From positions 13,268,001 through 13,332,000 of the forward strand of contig NC_092351.1 in assembly GCF_963676685.1 (NCBI RefSeq): DNA of 64,000 nucleotides. The letters are read 5' to 3'. The notes beneath the pieces were generated by a model. That model had not been told where the DNA came from, searched no databases, and saw nothing but the letters and a program-made list of their open reading frames with translations. A program made the translations under genes and the position numbers. Of the stretch, positions 27,501 through 39,817 are shown piece after piece. The stretch's first letter is position 1. Each line of letters begins with the position of its first letter. The DNA is from Mytilus edulis. Lineage: Eukaryota.

Positions 27501-30500
27501 TGTTTACAGTTTATCTCTATCTATAATAATATTCAAGATAATACCAAAAACAGCAAAATTTCCTTAAAATTACCAATTCAGGGGCAGCAACCCTTCGGGC
27601 CAGGTGAGCTAAAAATGTATTTACATTTCTTTTTGATGTTCATTTTTCTTAAACTTGCATTATATTTTTCAGAACAATTAAACATATTAATAAACAATGT
27701 TAAAAGCTATTCCACAATAGGAGAGAAAACAGCTTAAATTACATAATTAGTAAAATAGAATGTTTGAGGACAAAAATACACCTTCTCATATTTTGCTATT
27801 GTCTGCATGCTGTGGTTCTTATCATTGTGTATGAGTATCACAAGAATTGGATGAGTAAAACTTAAGTTAGAGAGAGCAGAAATAAAAATTGGGATGGATG
27901 GATGGATGGACTGTAAAAGGTAACACACAATGCTTCTTTCACCCTAAAGCAGGGGCATAACAAAAGTATGGTAAGTATATCATGTATATAGATTCAAAGT
28001 GTCATTTTTTTTTTCATTTACACACTAAACTTTTAAACCAATAATATTTTTCTTCAATTACTCCTGCAATAAAATAAATAAATACATAGTTGAAAATTTC
28101 AAACTGAATAAAAAGATAAATTTATATCTAATTTTAACAAGTATTCCTTAGAGAAAAACTAAGAACATTAATTGATACAAGTTTCAATTCTGAAGATCTC
28201 AATTATACCTGGCTTTTTGAGTATTGTTTTCTTTGTGCGAGTTATGTTTGATAACATTTACCACTGTTCCTAGTAACTGGCAGGATTCTGTTGAGGTTTG
28301 CGCCTTTGCCATCAACTTTCTGTGTGAATTAAGAATACTGGATTTATTTCTTTCAAGAAGGTTGACGTATCGTCTTCCAGTATCTGAACCAGGATTACCT
28401 ACAATAATAAACAATAATCTCATTCTTTGAAACTAACATTATAAAATTATGGTGTAACTGCTGTTGAGGACAGAATAGTGTTTTTGAATGAGAATATTAT
28501 CTAGAAAAAATACACTAGAGAAATATCTCTTATCAGATGATTGATTGCTGTTGTTGACTCGCCCTAATTAGCTTTAACATGTAGGTCCAGGTTAAACATA
28601 CCTTGCTGGGTTCAAACTTACAACCTCAATGTTGACAGGATAATTATCACATTAAATCACTAAACTGCTGAAGCTCCCATTTTACAAAATTCAAATTGGA
28701 GCATGCATATGCAGACTATTCTTAATAACTTAAATCACAATCCTCTTTAAAAATAGAAAAAATAAATTATTGGAAGCAGCTTATAAATCATATCATTTGT
28801 ATTATAAAAAGCTCGAAGTTTTTTATGTGCTGTTCATATATAATTATGTATGTCTGTTTATGTTTTACTTGCTTATGGCTTTATTTTTTTATTTATCATA
28901 AATTGTCTTCTATGTTTCATCTTTCTTCATAGTTTGGTACCATCTATGAAGCTTATCAATTTTGAGGCTGAACATGGAATTATGACCAATGCAGTTGTCT
29001 TTATTCAGTGTATATTTTAAAATAGTAAACTTGCTTAAAGAATGATGACTTCTTTTTCTTTCTAACTTAAGGGTGTATCTTCTGTGGTACTGCTTTATAT
29101 CATCTTGAGTGGAAACTTGCAACCAAACCAGTTTTGTCATATCCAAACGATGTTCCTCAAAATAATTTTTAAGCTGAGACATTCCTAGTGACAAAAAATA
29201 AGAAACTTATTTCTGTAAATGTTACAACAATGAATAAATATATTTTTTCACAAATTGAAATAATGCTAAATGTTACTGATTCGACAAATTTATCTTAACA
29301 CTATGCAGAATTTGTAAAAAAAAGAAAAAGATATTCATCAGTTTTATTCACTATTAACTTTTTTTTCTAGATTTCCTTATTCACAATCATGGTATGTTAA
29401 CAGGACCTGTTATAAAACTGCATGATGTGTTAACATTTTTAGAGGCATTGAATTGTATAATGTTGATAGTGAAAACTGCTCTAGAACTGATATAAATGAG
29501 TTTCCTTCAAAAATATAAATACCTGAAAAACATGATAATCATGAGTTGTATGGCTAAGAACCATGATTAATCATATGATAAATAGTTTATACTTTAAGGA
29601 ATGTTTAATTCCTTATTTTTTTTAGATTAATTGCACACCTTACTCAAATAATGTTATAACAAAGACATATTACAAATATGAAAACAATGTAAAAAAGTAA
29701 AAAAAACTCAATGGGAAAAAACTAAGGACAATTGTCATGATTGTGTAGATCACTGTGTATGAATTTACATGGTACATGTAGATATGAACAATAATGAAAC
29801 ATACCCTCAGATAAGAAATATCCCTGAAGAACTCCACTTTCAAAAAATCTACAGTAGTAAACATCATCAAGCTTGAAGAAGGAGCAGTAAAACTCTCCAT
29901 CAGTAAGGGAGGGTGATGACAGATCTAACATGGTTTTCTCTAACTGAAATAAAAACGGTGTTTCTGGTGAAGTGAAGTCAGCAGCGGCCAAAGATTCAGA
30001 ACATTTTCCTTCTAGATACACAGCTCTTGAGGCAATTTCTAGATTCTTCTTTAAGCTGACTTTCCATTCTACAATGAATTTTGATTTATACAGTTTACTT
30101 ATTCATTTTAACAATATATTTTTTACCTAGAAGCAACATGAATTTCATTTAAAAAATGTAAAGATTTTTGCAATAATAAAACCATTTAAAATAAATGAAA
30201 GATGATATGTTTGTTAACCTTATATCATGTAGAACATTGACATGTCAGTTAGATAAGTTTTTGTGCTGATTTTACTCAGAAAATGTATTGTTTATCTTTT
30301 TTGTTTCAAGTTTAATAAATATATAGTAATGCTATCAATATAAAAAAAAACCAATTAAAAATACTGCACATACATGACATATATTTCTACAATTTATGTT
30401 ATTCATGAATTACCTCTGTCTTCCAACTGTTGCAAAACTGAAGATGATGGACATGCTAATTCTGGTCTAGTTGAGTGTACTCCAAAAGTTTCCTATCAAA

Positions 30501-31981
30501 TAAACAAAAAATAAATTAAAAATGAAAATTTTCTTACTACATGTTACTGTGTATAATTTCAGCTTACGCCCCAAAAGGTAATAAGCATTTGTTATATGCC
30601 ACATAATAACTTATCATAGCCAAGCTGCTGACATTTTTCACTATCTACTAAATAAAGAACTAGAATGAAGCCTTAGTAAGGTGTGACTCATAATATTTTT
30701 AGAAAGGCACTTGGGTTTAATTGATTACTGCATAGATGCAAACCCCTTTTTGACACAATCAGTAACAAACTATCAAATTTTCCGTATTTTTGAAAAGTTT
30801 TCAGTAATCATTCATAAACGTGCATTTACCAATAAAAATTACTGATGAGTGGTTGCACAGTGATGTACACTAAAATTTGTCATTTAACATGTTGTCTGTA
30901 GTATGTATTCCATTCATTGATTGTTCAGATGTTCTCGACTCAAACATTTTTGTTTTGTCAAGGAGAAGTAGAGAAAGGGGGAAAGCTACTTAATAAAATG
31001 CAAGTTTGCCTCTTCGGAAGTCAGTTAGTTACCCAACAATAGGTTGATAACTCCCGAGAAACCGGAAGCATTACATTGGCGTTTCCTAAATACTGGACCA
31101 GGACGGAAAAGTAATGATAAAAATCCGCGTTTTACAAAATTGAACGTCGATGATTGGGAATCCGTAACTATACTACTTTGACCGTAATAGCGTAGTTTTT
31201 ATCGCAAAATCGGAAAAACTACGGAAAAATCGTAATGGTTGGCATCTATGTTAATGATTATACATGGACACATGCAAGTAACTGATCTTTAGATAAAATT
31301 AAAATTAATCAAACAGAAGCACAAGTTTTTTTAGATGAAATACAGAAAATGTTCCTCTGCACACGCACCTGTACATCATTTTATTGTTCAACTGATAGGA
31401 ATTCAAGAAAGAACCCATTAGATCTTGATGAAACTTTAAGAAAACTGCAGTATATATATATAAAAAATAATATTGATAAAATATTTTATAAAATTTCAAT
31501 GTCAATGAATGTTATGATTTCTTCAGAAAATTTCAGTAAAAATATGTAGACTTTAAAAAAAAAATGACAATATGTCGATAGTAGTATTTAGTACATATGT
31601 GATGCCCAACATAGATGTGTAAGCATTGTGTATTAGTTTAATAAAATATAAGACAATAACTTCGAGAGAATAACTGCACTTCAGAATAAAAGCCAAAAAT
31701 AGAGACAAAATGTATGTTACAATGTATGTATGTAACTATGTATGTGCCAGTACCAAGGCAGGAGCCTGTAATTCAGTGATTGTCGTTTGTTAATGGGTTA
31801 CATATTTTCTTTTCATTCAACATTTTTTTAAACATAAATTAGACTGTTTGTTTTCTCGTCTAAATTGTTTTACATTTGTCATTTCTGATCCTTTTATAGC
31901 TGAATATACGGTATGGGCTTGCTCATTGTTAAAAGCCATACAAGGACCTATAGTTGTTAATTTCTATGTCTCTTGTGGAAG

Positions 31982-32154
31982 TAGTCCTATAACATATGAC
32001 TTCGCATTCTTATTCAATTTTTAACGTTTTTATACTGATATTTTCATTTTTATTTTTTTTTGAGCTCGGGTGGCATATTGATAGTAAAAAAAAATATCAG
32101 AACAGTAAATAGAAATAGTAAATAATGCCCCCGAGGTCATATGTTATAGGACTA
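31982..32154. mobile_element. Academ-type MITE: TAG...CTA termini, 9-bp TSD
   Basis: TSD ttgtggaag at 31973-31981 and 32155-32163; TIR tagtcctataacatatgac. Confidence 0.85.
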
Positions 32155-34507
32155 TTGTGGAAGGTGTCTCATTTATGGCCATCATAACACACCTTCTTTT
32201 TTATATACACCATAGGGAGAAGTGGAGGGTCGTGTCATGTTTTTTTAAACTCTATTTTCCAAATCAGGAACCTGATGTTAGTTGGTTGGTTGTCGTCTGT
32301 TGATGTGGTTTAGTAGTGATTCTGGTTTTTTATAATTAGGTTTCCAAGTTTGAATGTCTTTATAGCTTGCTGTTCAGTGTTAGCCAGGTCTCTGTGTCGA
32401 AACCTTTACCTTTAATCTGTAATTGTTTACTTTTACAAATTGTGACTTTGATGGAAAGTTGTCTCATTGGCACTCATACCATATCTTCTTACACCTATCT
32501 ATATCTATTTATTTCTTTTAAAAGCATTTGTGTGTGACAAATGCTAAGGAGGTATTTCCCTGCCTTGCCAAGTAAACATTTTCCTCATTTTTTTTTTACA
32601 TCCAATAACAAAGGGAAATAATCCAAATCATCAAAATTACGGGTTAACTCGGCCCAGGACCAACTCGAACCACGACAAGACAAAACAGCACACTCAAAAT
32701 CATGTCACAAAAAATAAAATGAAAATATAAAATAATATGGAAATACCGACTTACCTACCCTAAATTTTTTTTAAAGCATGTAACCTTAACAGACATAATA
32801 TATATATTTTTTGGCCTAATAATAAAAAAATGTTTTTTTATAAATTATTTACAAACTAAAAAAAAACAAACTTTTTGTCACCTGTCATGCTTGCATAAAA
32901 CATATATGATATTAAAGTTGGGTCTAAAAAAACACACATTGGCGGCAATAGCCTTGTTTATACATGTAAATAAATACAACCATTAAACCATTCTAATGTA
33001 TCGAGAATTGGTACTTACAGAACATTAGTTATTTCTAGACTATTCTGCAGAATATTATTCCTGAAGATGTTTGAACCAATAGTTTGTGAAGTTAGCGGTC
33101 AGTGTAACAAGTTGCCAAGTTGTATTTTGCCAATGTATGAAAGAATTTTTTAATCTGGACTAGCTAGAAGGATAAATTCTGGATTTCTTTGAAAATTGAA
33201 AAATCATATTCAGTTTAATATGTTTAAACATTTTCCACAATTGTTTACTGCATGTTGTAGCAGATTATTCATCTTGTACTGTGAAAGCTCATTAATTTTT
33301 AGCTCTTACCGAATCTAGGTTATTCTCTTTTTTCAGTAATCCCCCCCCCCCCCCAAATCCTAATTTGTAATAAATTTCCATTGTTTGTTGTTTTTTTAAT
33401 GTAGTGTTCCCAAGTTCTTGTCAAGTACACAACTCAAGACTAAGATTAAAGTTATCAGGTCATGCCAGTGTATGCTTTCGTTTATGCCCAGAACGACTTT
33501 TTTGTAACTTTAGTTTGTCAGATATGAATGCACGTGCGGAGCGTGGGACCTTATTAAACCTGGGTATATATGAAACCTCCAAAGGTTAATAATTAGTAAT
33601 TACTTTTGTAATAGGTTTGACTAGCTATTGACGAGTATTGTACGCACATCTTCGGTTGGGCCTCGATGTTTTTTTTAAAGGGGGAGGGTCGATGTTATGG
33701 AGTTGAAAACCCGCAAGACACACTGTTAAAGCACTTTTTGCTGCATTTAGTTGGCAAGCTAACTTACTTTCACTAAATTACTCATAATCCTGCTAAAAAT
33801 ATTCTAATAATTAAATAAAATCAACTATAGAATTGTTGTGACCCCTTTGTGAAGCAACAATGGCCGACAAAGATGCTCTGCAGCAGTAGCTATATCACAT
33901 GATTCAAGCAACCAATGGGACGTACAGCACCAGACTTTTTTGTAATATATGATATGATTGGTTCCTACGTTTTGGTAGGTAAATACTATGTAAATATATA
34001 TATCAATTGCAGTCAAAATACATGGGTTAATGTGTTGCAATGTAAACAATGGAGAGCGTGGAGAAAAACATAAAAAGGTGAAATGATACATAGTTTGTAA
34101 AGTACTGAAGAAGGTCAATGTATTTAATATCTCTAATAAACAGCTGCGCCATGTAAAAAGTTTCTGAGATACGGCGCGACATGTGATTTTTTTTTTTACA
34201 AAAAACTCAATAACTCTAAAATAAAATTTTGAATCATCACCAAAAAGTACACAGATCTTTAGATTAATATAACTAAGAAGTGTGTAAAGTTTTAAGCAAT
34301 AGATATTAATGGTTTTTAAGATACGATGCAACATGTGAACCCCCTTTTTTTTTTTACAAAAAACTCAATAACTCCATTATAAAATTTTGAATCATCACCA
34401 AAAAGTATTCAGATCTTTTGATTAATATAACTAAGAAGTGTGTACATTTTTAAGCAATAATCATAAATCGTTTATGAGATATGGCGCGAAATGTGAAAAC
34501 CCATCCC

Positions 34508-36808
34508 TTTTTAGCTCACCTGACCGAAAGGCCAAGTGAGCTTTTCTCATCACTTGGCGTCCGGCGTCCGTCGTCGTCCGTCGTCGTCGTCCGTCGTCGT
34601 CCTGCGTTAAATTTTACAAAAATCTTCTCTGAAACTACTTGGAAAAATTTAACCAAACTTGGCCACAATCATCATTGGGGTATCTAGTTTAAAAAATGTG
34701 TCCGGTGACCCGGCCAACCAACCAAGATGGCCACCATGGCTAAAAATAGAACATAGGGGTAAAATGCAGTTTTTGGCTTATAACTCAAAAACTCAAACAT
34801 TAAGAAGAGCAAATCTGACAGGGTAATATTGTTCATCAGGTCAAGATCTATCTGCCCTGAAATTTTCAGATGAATCGGACATTTCGTTGTTGGGTTGCTG
34901 CCCCTGAAATGGTAATTTTAAGGAAATTTTCCTGTTTTTGGTTATTATCTTGAATATTATTATAGATAGAGATAAACTGTAAACAGCAATAATGTTCAGC
35001 AGAGTAAGATCTACAAATAATTCAACAAGACCAAAATGGTCAGTTGACCACTTTAGGAGTTATTGCCCTTTATAGTCAATTTTCACCATTTTTCATAAAT
35101 CTTAGTAATCTTTTCGAAAAATCTTCTCCTCTGAAACTACTAGGCCAAATTTAACCAAACTTGGCCATAATCATCATTGGGGTATCTAGTTTAAACAATG
35201 TGTCCGATGACCCGCCCAACCATTCAAGATGGCCGCATGGCTAAAAATAGAACATAGGGGTAAAATGCAGTTTTTTGCGTATAACTCAAAAACCAAAGCA
35301 TTTAGAGCAAATCTGACAGAGTAAAATTGTTCATCAGGTCAAGATCTATCTGCCCTGAAATTTTCAGATGAATCGGACATTTCGTTGTTGGGTTGCTGCC
35401 CCTGAAATGGTAATTTTAAGGAAATTTTCCTGTTTTTGGTTATTATCTTGAATATTATTATAGATAGAGATAAACTGTAAACAGCAATAATGTTCAGAAA
35501 AGTTAGATCTACAAATAATGCAACAAGACCAAAATGGTCACTTGACCACTTTAGGAGTTATTGCCCTTTATAGTCAAATTTTAACCATTTTTCGTAAATC
35601 TTAGTAATCTTTTAGAAAAATCTTCTCCTCTGAAACTACAGGGCCAAATTTAACCAATTTTAGCCAAAATCATCATTGGGGTATATAGTTAAAAAAATGT
35701 GTTCGGTAACTCGGCCAACAAACCAAGATGGCCGCAATGGCTAAAAATAGAACATGGGGGTAAAATGCAGTTTTTGGGTTATAACTCATAAACCAAAGCA
35801 TAAAGAGCAAATTTGATCGGAAGTAAAATTGTTGATCAGGTCAAGATTTATCTGCCCTGGAATAATCAGATGAATCGGACATTTTGTTGTTTGGTTGCTG
35901 CCCCTGAAATGGTAATTTTAAGGAAATTTTCCTGTTTTTGGTTATTATCTTGAATATTATTATAGATAGAGATAAACTGTAAACAGCAATAATGTTCAGA
36001 AAAGTTAGATCTACAAATAATGCAACAAGACCAAAATGGTCAGTTGACCACTTTAGGAGTTATTGCCCTTTATAGTCAATTTTTAACCATTTTTCGTAAA
36101 TCTTAGTAATCTTTTAGAAAAATCTTCTCCTCTGAAACTACTGGGCCAAATTTAACCAATTTTAGCCAAAATCATCATTGGGGTATCTAGTTAAAAAAAT
36201 GTGTCCGGTAACTCGGCCAACAAACCAAGATGGCCGCAATGGCTAAAAATAGAACATGGGGGTAAAATGCAGTTTTTGGGTTATAACTCATAAACCAAAG
36301 CATTAAGAGCAAATCTGATCGGAAGTAAAATTGTTGATCAGGTCAAGATCTATCTGCCCTGGAATTATCAGATGAATCGGATAATCGGTTGTTAGGTTAC
36401 TGCCCCTGAATTGGTAATTTTGAGGAAATTTTGCTGTTTTTTTGTTATTATCTTGAATAATATTATAGATAGAGATAAACTGTAAACAGCAATAATGTAC
36501 AGCAAAGTAAGAACTAAAAATAAGTCAGTATGACCAAAATAGTCAATTGACCCCCTAAGGAGTTATTGCCCTTCATAGTTAATTTTTAACAATTTTCTTA
36601 AAATTTGAAGATTTTCAATAACATTTTCCACAGAAAGTACTGTTATAGATAGAGATAATTGTAAGCAGCAAGAATGTTTAGTAAAGTAAGATCTACAAAC
36701 ACATCACCATCACCAAAACATAATTTTGTCATGAATCCATCTTTGTCCATTGTTTAATATTCACATAGACCAAGGTGAGCGACACAGGCTCTTTAGAGCC
36801 TCTAGTTT
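34508..36808 (+). mobile_element. Nested Helentron-associated element with a ~500-bp internal tandem array (~4 units)
   Basis: tttttagctcacctgaccgaaaggccaagtgagc start; (cgt)n microsatellite; units at ~34621, 35120, 35619 and 36121; 3' ggtgagc..aggctctttagagcctctagttt. Confidence 0.85.
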
Positions 36809-37004
36809 TACAAAAACTGAATAACTCTAAAATCAATTTTGAATCATCACCAAAAAGTATACAGATCTTTGGATTATTATAATTAAGAAGAGTGTGAAGT
36901 TTAAAGCAATAATCAGAAACCGTTTTTGAGATACAGCGCGACATGTGAAAAATCGTTTGACCATCATAAGAAACAACTATGTTAAGTTTCATAAAAGGAT
37001 GAAC

Positions 37005-37194
37005 NNNNNNNNNNNNNNNNNNNNNNNNNNNNNNNNNNNNNNNNNNNNNNNNNNNNNNNNNNNNNNNNNNNNNNNNNNNNNNNNNNNNNNNNNNNNNNNN
37101 NNNNNNNNNNNNNNNNNNNNNNNNNNNNNNNNNNNNNNNNNNNNNNNNNNNNNNNNNNNNNNNNNNNNNNNNNNNNNNNNNNNNNNNNNNNNNN
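37005..37194. other. Assembly gap (190 N)
   Basis: Run of N. Confidence 1.
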
Positions 37195-38689
37195 TATACC
37201 ATAATACGTCCCGTCAAAATTTTGTTGGGTGTATAAAAACCACAGCGAATAAAAGTTACTGTTGTATGAATAGGGTATATACATATTAACCGGCAACAAG
37301 CAGACGGTTCGGTATTCAAACATTCTCAGTATAAAATAATAAGATCAGGACATTTTAAAAATTCTTAAAATAATAACCATGCTAATAAAGTAGATACGAA
37401 GAAGAAAAAATACAAAGGGGGTTAAGTGTATTATTCCCTAAGGTCTATATGTGCAGCAATTGGCTATTACTTTGTGTTCAAAATACTAGCAATATACTGT
37501 ATGTTGAATTTTAAGTGATTGTCAAACTCATGTGAAAAGGGGTTGCCCGTTTGGCTGTGCGGAGTGTTTAGATACACAGTGAACTCTGGTCAGAATGGGA
37601 ACGTTAAATCCGATGCACGCTGTTGGGAGAATGCCGATCTCTGTGCACGTTAATTCTGTGAATGGTCCGTAGACGGCCTGTTTTACAGCTAAATCTGTCT
37701 GTCCTATCAAATATCTTTTTTCGTGGCAGTCTTAACTTCGCGCCCTATTACCCGGTTGACATACCTTACAGAAAGTTCCTTTATTAGAGTGTTGTTAATT
37801 TGCTTTGAATGTACGAACATTCTACAGTCTCCTTTTTTAAATATTTTTTTATTTGTTAATCAATGCTGAATCATTTAATAAAATGATAATTCGTGAAGTC
37901 AATCTATAATAATTTTGATTGTTTTACAACATTATTTTGGACTCAATACATATATTTATTGTATAAGTCGAGAATGCGAGACTTATGCGTGCTTGTTCCA
38001 GCGTCGACGCCAGCAATGTATGACATGTATGAACTTGTGATATATCAGTTTAAGGGAATTACTAGTGGAAGGTCAATGATATTTGGTATACAGTGCACAT
38101 TTAATGTCCATAAATTACACAAAGGCGAGACATATCTCTGTGTCAACAGTTTATATTACTTTTATGAAGAAAAAGTTGTTCAATTTATATTTAATTGAAT
38201 TGTCGTAGTTAAATGTTCCTACCTGCCATGCATTACACGCTTTGTGTGACTTTCCTGCTTAGATATGTATTAAAGGGTGATTAAATTAATGAGACATCAA
38301 CCCAACTGGTGCACATTTGATAAAAAAGACATCTATTCAAATATATTCAAGACTAATATATACCGATGTTTCCGTGAGATTTTGCGCCGTTCGTTTTAGA
38401 TTGTAGTATCGTACTTTTGGGCAAGTTAAACGTTTAAAATCTATAAAAACATATCATCCGGATACATGAAACATATTGTACTTGTTAAAGTTGTAATTTC
38501 GGTGCTTTCATAATTTACATTCTAACATGACGTCCTTCAAACGCTTTGAGTACACACCCGTGGTAAAATATGAATATATTGCCAGTGCTGTTCCGATTGT
38601 ACTCCCACGTCATCAATCTCCGGCGCAGAGATCATATCCGTTCCTTACGTGCTCCGCAATACTACACTTAATATGACCTCTGCCATACG

Positions 38690-38776
38690 ATTGGCTGACT
38701 CCATGAGGAAATTTCCTCATGGCGGACAAGCGGAAGTATATAAGGTTGTGAAAAGGCTATTTGTAAAAAATGGCGG
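38690..38776 (+). promoter_or_regulatory. Compact promoter of the RecQ gene
   Basis: ATTGG (CCAAT box) 38690-38694, perfect 22-bp palindrome 38701-38722, ETS-like CGGAAGT 38731-38737, TATATAA 38737-38743, and YY1-like AAAATGGCGG over the ATG at 38770. Confidence 0.55.
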
Positions 38777-39116
38777 ATTACGAAATCCAGCTTAGACGTC
38801 TTGGACTTGGTCATCCTAACATACTACTCAAACCTAAACAAATTGAAGTGTTGGACGAAATCAGAAAAGGAACACTTGAAACAGTTGCGATTTTGCCAAC
38901 TGGTTATGGAAAGAGCCTCATATACCAACTGGCTCCGCTAATCTTGGACGGCACTGTGATTGTTTTTTCACCTCTCAGTGTCATCCAAGAAGAGCAAGTA
39001 AAACAGTTGAAGAACTCAGAAGCACTGAAATGTTGTATATTAAATACCAGGGTAAAAATCTACTCTTATTCTTAAGGTTCATCATAAGGAATTTAAAAAT
39101 ATGGCCGTGTTTACCC

Positions 39117-39817
39117 TAGCAGGGGCGTGTCCAGGATATTTTAAAGGGGGGGGGGGGCGTAGAATAAACCTTTTTTGGGCTTAAAAACATAAAATAATAG
39201 AGAATTGCACTATTGTAACGGTTCCTGACTTGGAGCATGTATATTTTATAGTTAAAGTGTCAGGGTGTGACATTTTTTATGCCAAGTTCTCTCCATTAAT
39301 TGTCTATGGTATATTAAAATGATTGGATGGATCTTAACAGCAGTAGACCAATAACGAGAAATTCCAAACTCAAAGGAATAAGGAGTAACCAAGATTTTAT
39401 GAACGAGAGGCGTGATTACGGTTGATGGTCCATGGGGAAGATCAGAAGCTCCTGAATTTCAACAATTTAGCATCAAATTATGAAGTAATCCCTCTATTTT
39501 TGATTAAGTTCGGGTTTCGTTGAACGACATACATGATACAAGACAAATAAACACTGAAGAATAAAGTTCTTTCGTTCTGAGTATTGCTTTAATGTGGAAA
39601 TATACATATTTCTAGTATAACTAGCAGATTATAACGATATTTTTTTTTTTTTAAAGGGGGGGGCGTACGCCCATTACGCCCTTACCTGGACCCGCCCCTG
39701 CCTAGTCCAAATAATTATGACGCCTTGAAAGGCTATTATAATTTTTTTCTCGTCGATGTAAGGCGTCAAAGAAAAAAATTATAATAGCCTTTCAAGACGT
39801 CATAATTATTTGGACTA
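39117..39817. mobile_element. Academ-type hairpin MITE (TAG...CTA, 9-bp TSD) in RecQ intron 1, with a nested MITE
   Basis: TSD tgtttaccc at 39108-39116 and 39818-39826; long TIR tagtccaaataattatgacg.. Confidence 0.85.
39120..39700. mobile_element. Nested MITE with CAGGGGCG termini and 5-bp TSD
   Basis: caggggcgtgtccagg ... cctggacccgcccctg; cctag at 39115-39119 and 39701-39705. Confidence 0.85.

Larger units (their letters stand above)
22847..33280 (-). pseudogene. Decayed multi-exon SWIM + CxC/KDZ-type (Zisupton/HMGXB3-like) transposase gene, 3'-truncated by the satellite
   Basis: Phase-compatible exons: 31369-31444 (TAA), 30414-30492, 29805-30126 (TGA), 29035-29184 (GC donor), 28209-28398, 25672-26956, 25082-25303, 23904-23999 and 23256-22847, plus a heavily degraded candidate at ~33019-33278. 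Motifs: SWIM-like YHCTC...CCHIR and SCQSGEC...CPHL, an acidic tract, and PCSICKYNPKFLACDGTKIG (CxxC..P...(C)DG, first catalytic Asp of KDZ transposases). Confidence 0.72.
34137..37240 (-). mobile_element. Helentron-associated element spanning the assembly gap, with a nested second element
   Basis: Starts aaacagctgcgccatg; internal repeats aaaaactcaataactctaaa..gaatcatcaccaaaaag on both sides of the nested insert; ends tataccataatacgtcccgtcaaaattttgttgggtgtataaaaa. Confidence 0.6.

Noticed and set aside
36729-37323. ORFs spanning the N run
   Set aside because: Artefacts of translating the assembly gap.
38645-38661. Target site duplication for the 38662-48202 element
   Set aside because: The left flank (gctccgcaata) does not match the right flank (gagggtgttc) in any register I tried.
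38770-39075. Host RECQL/WRN/BLM gene
   Set aside because: It starts directly at the helicase core, has the FAHPEA variant, sits 108 bp inside a TIR and is truncated. This fits a transposon-borne helicase, so no gene symbol is assigned.
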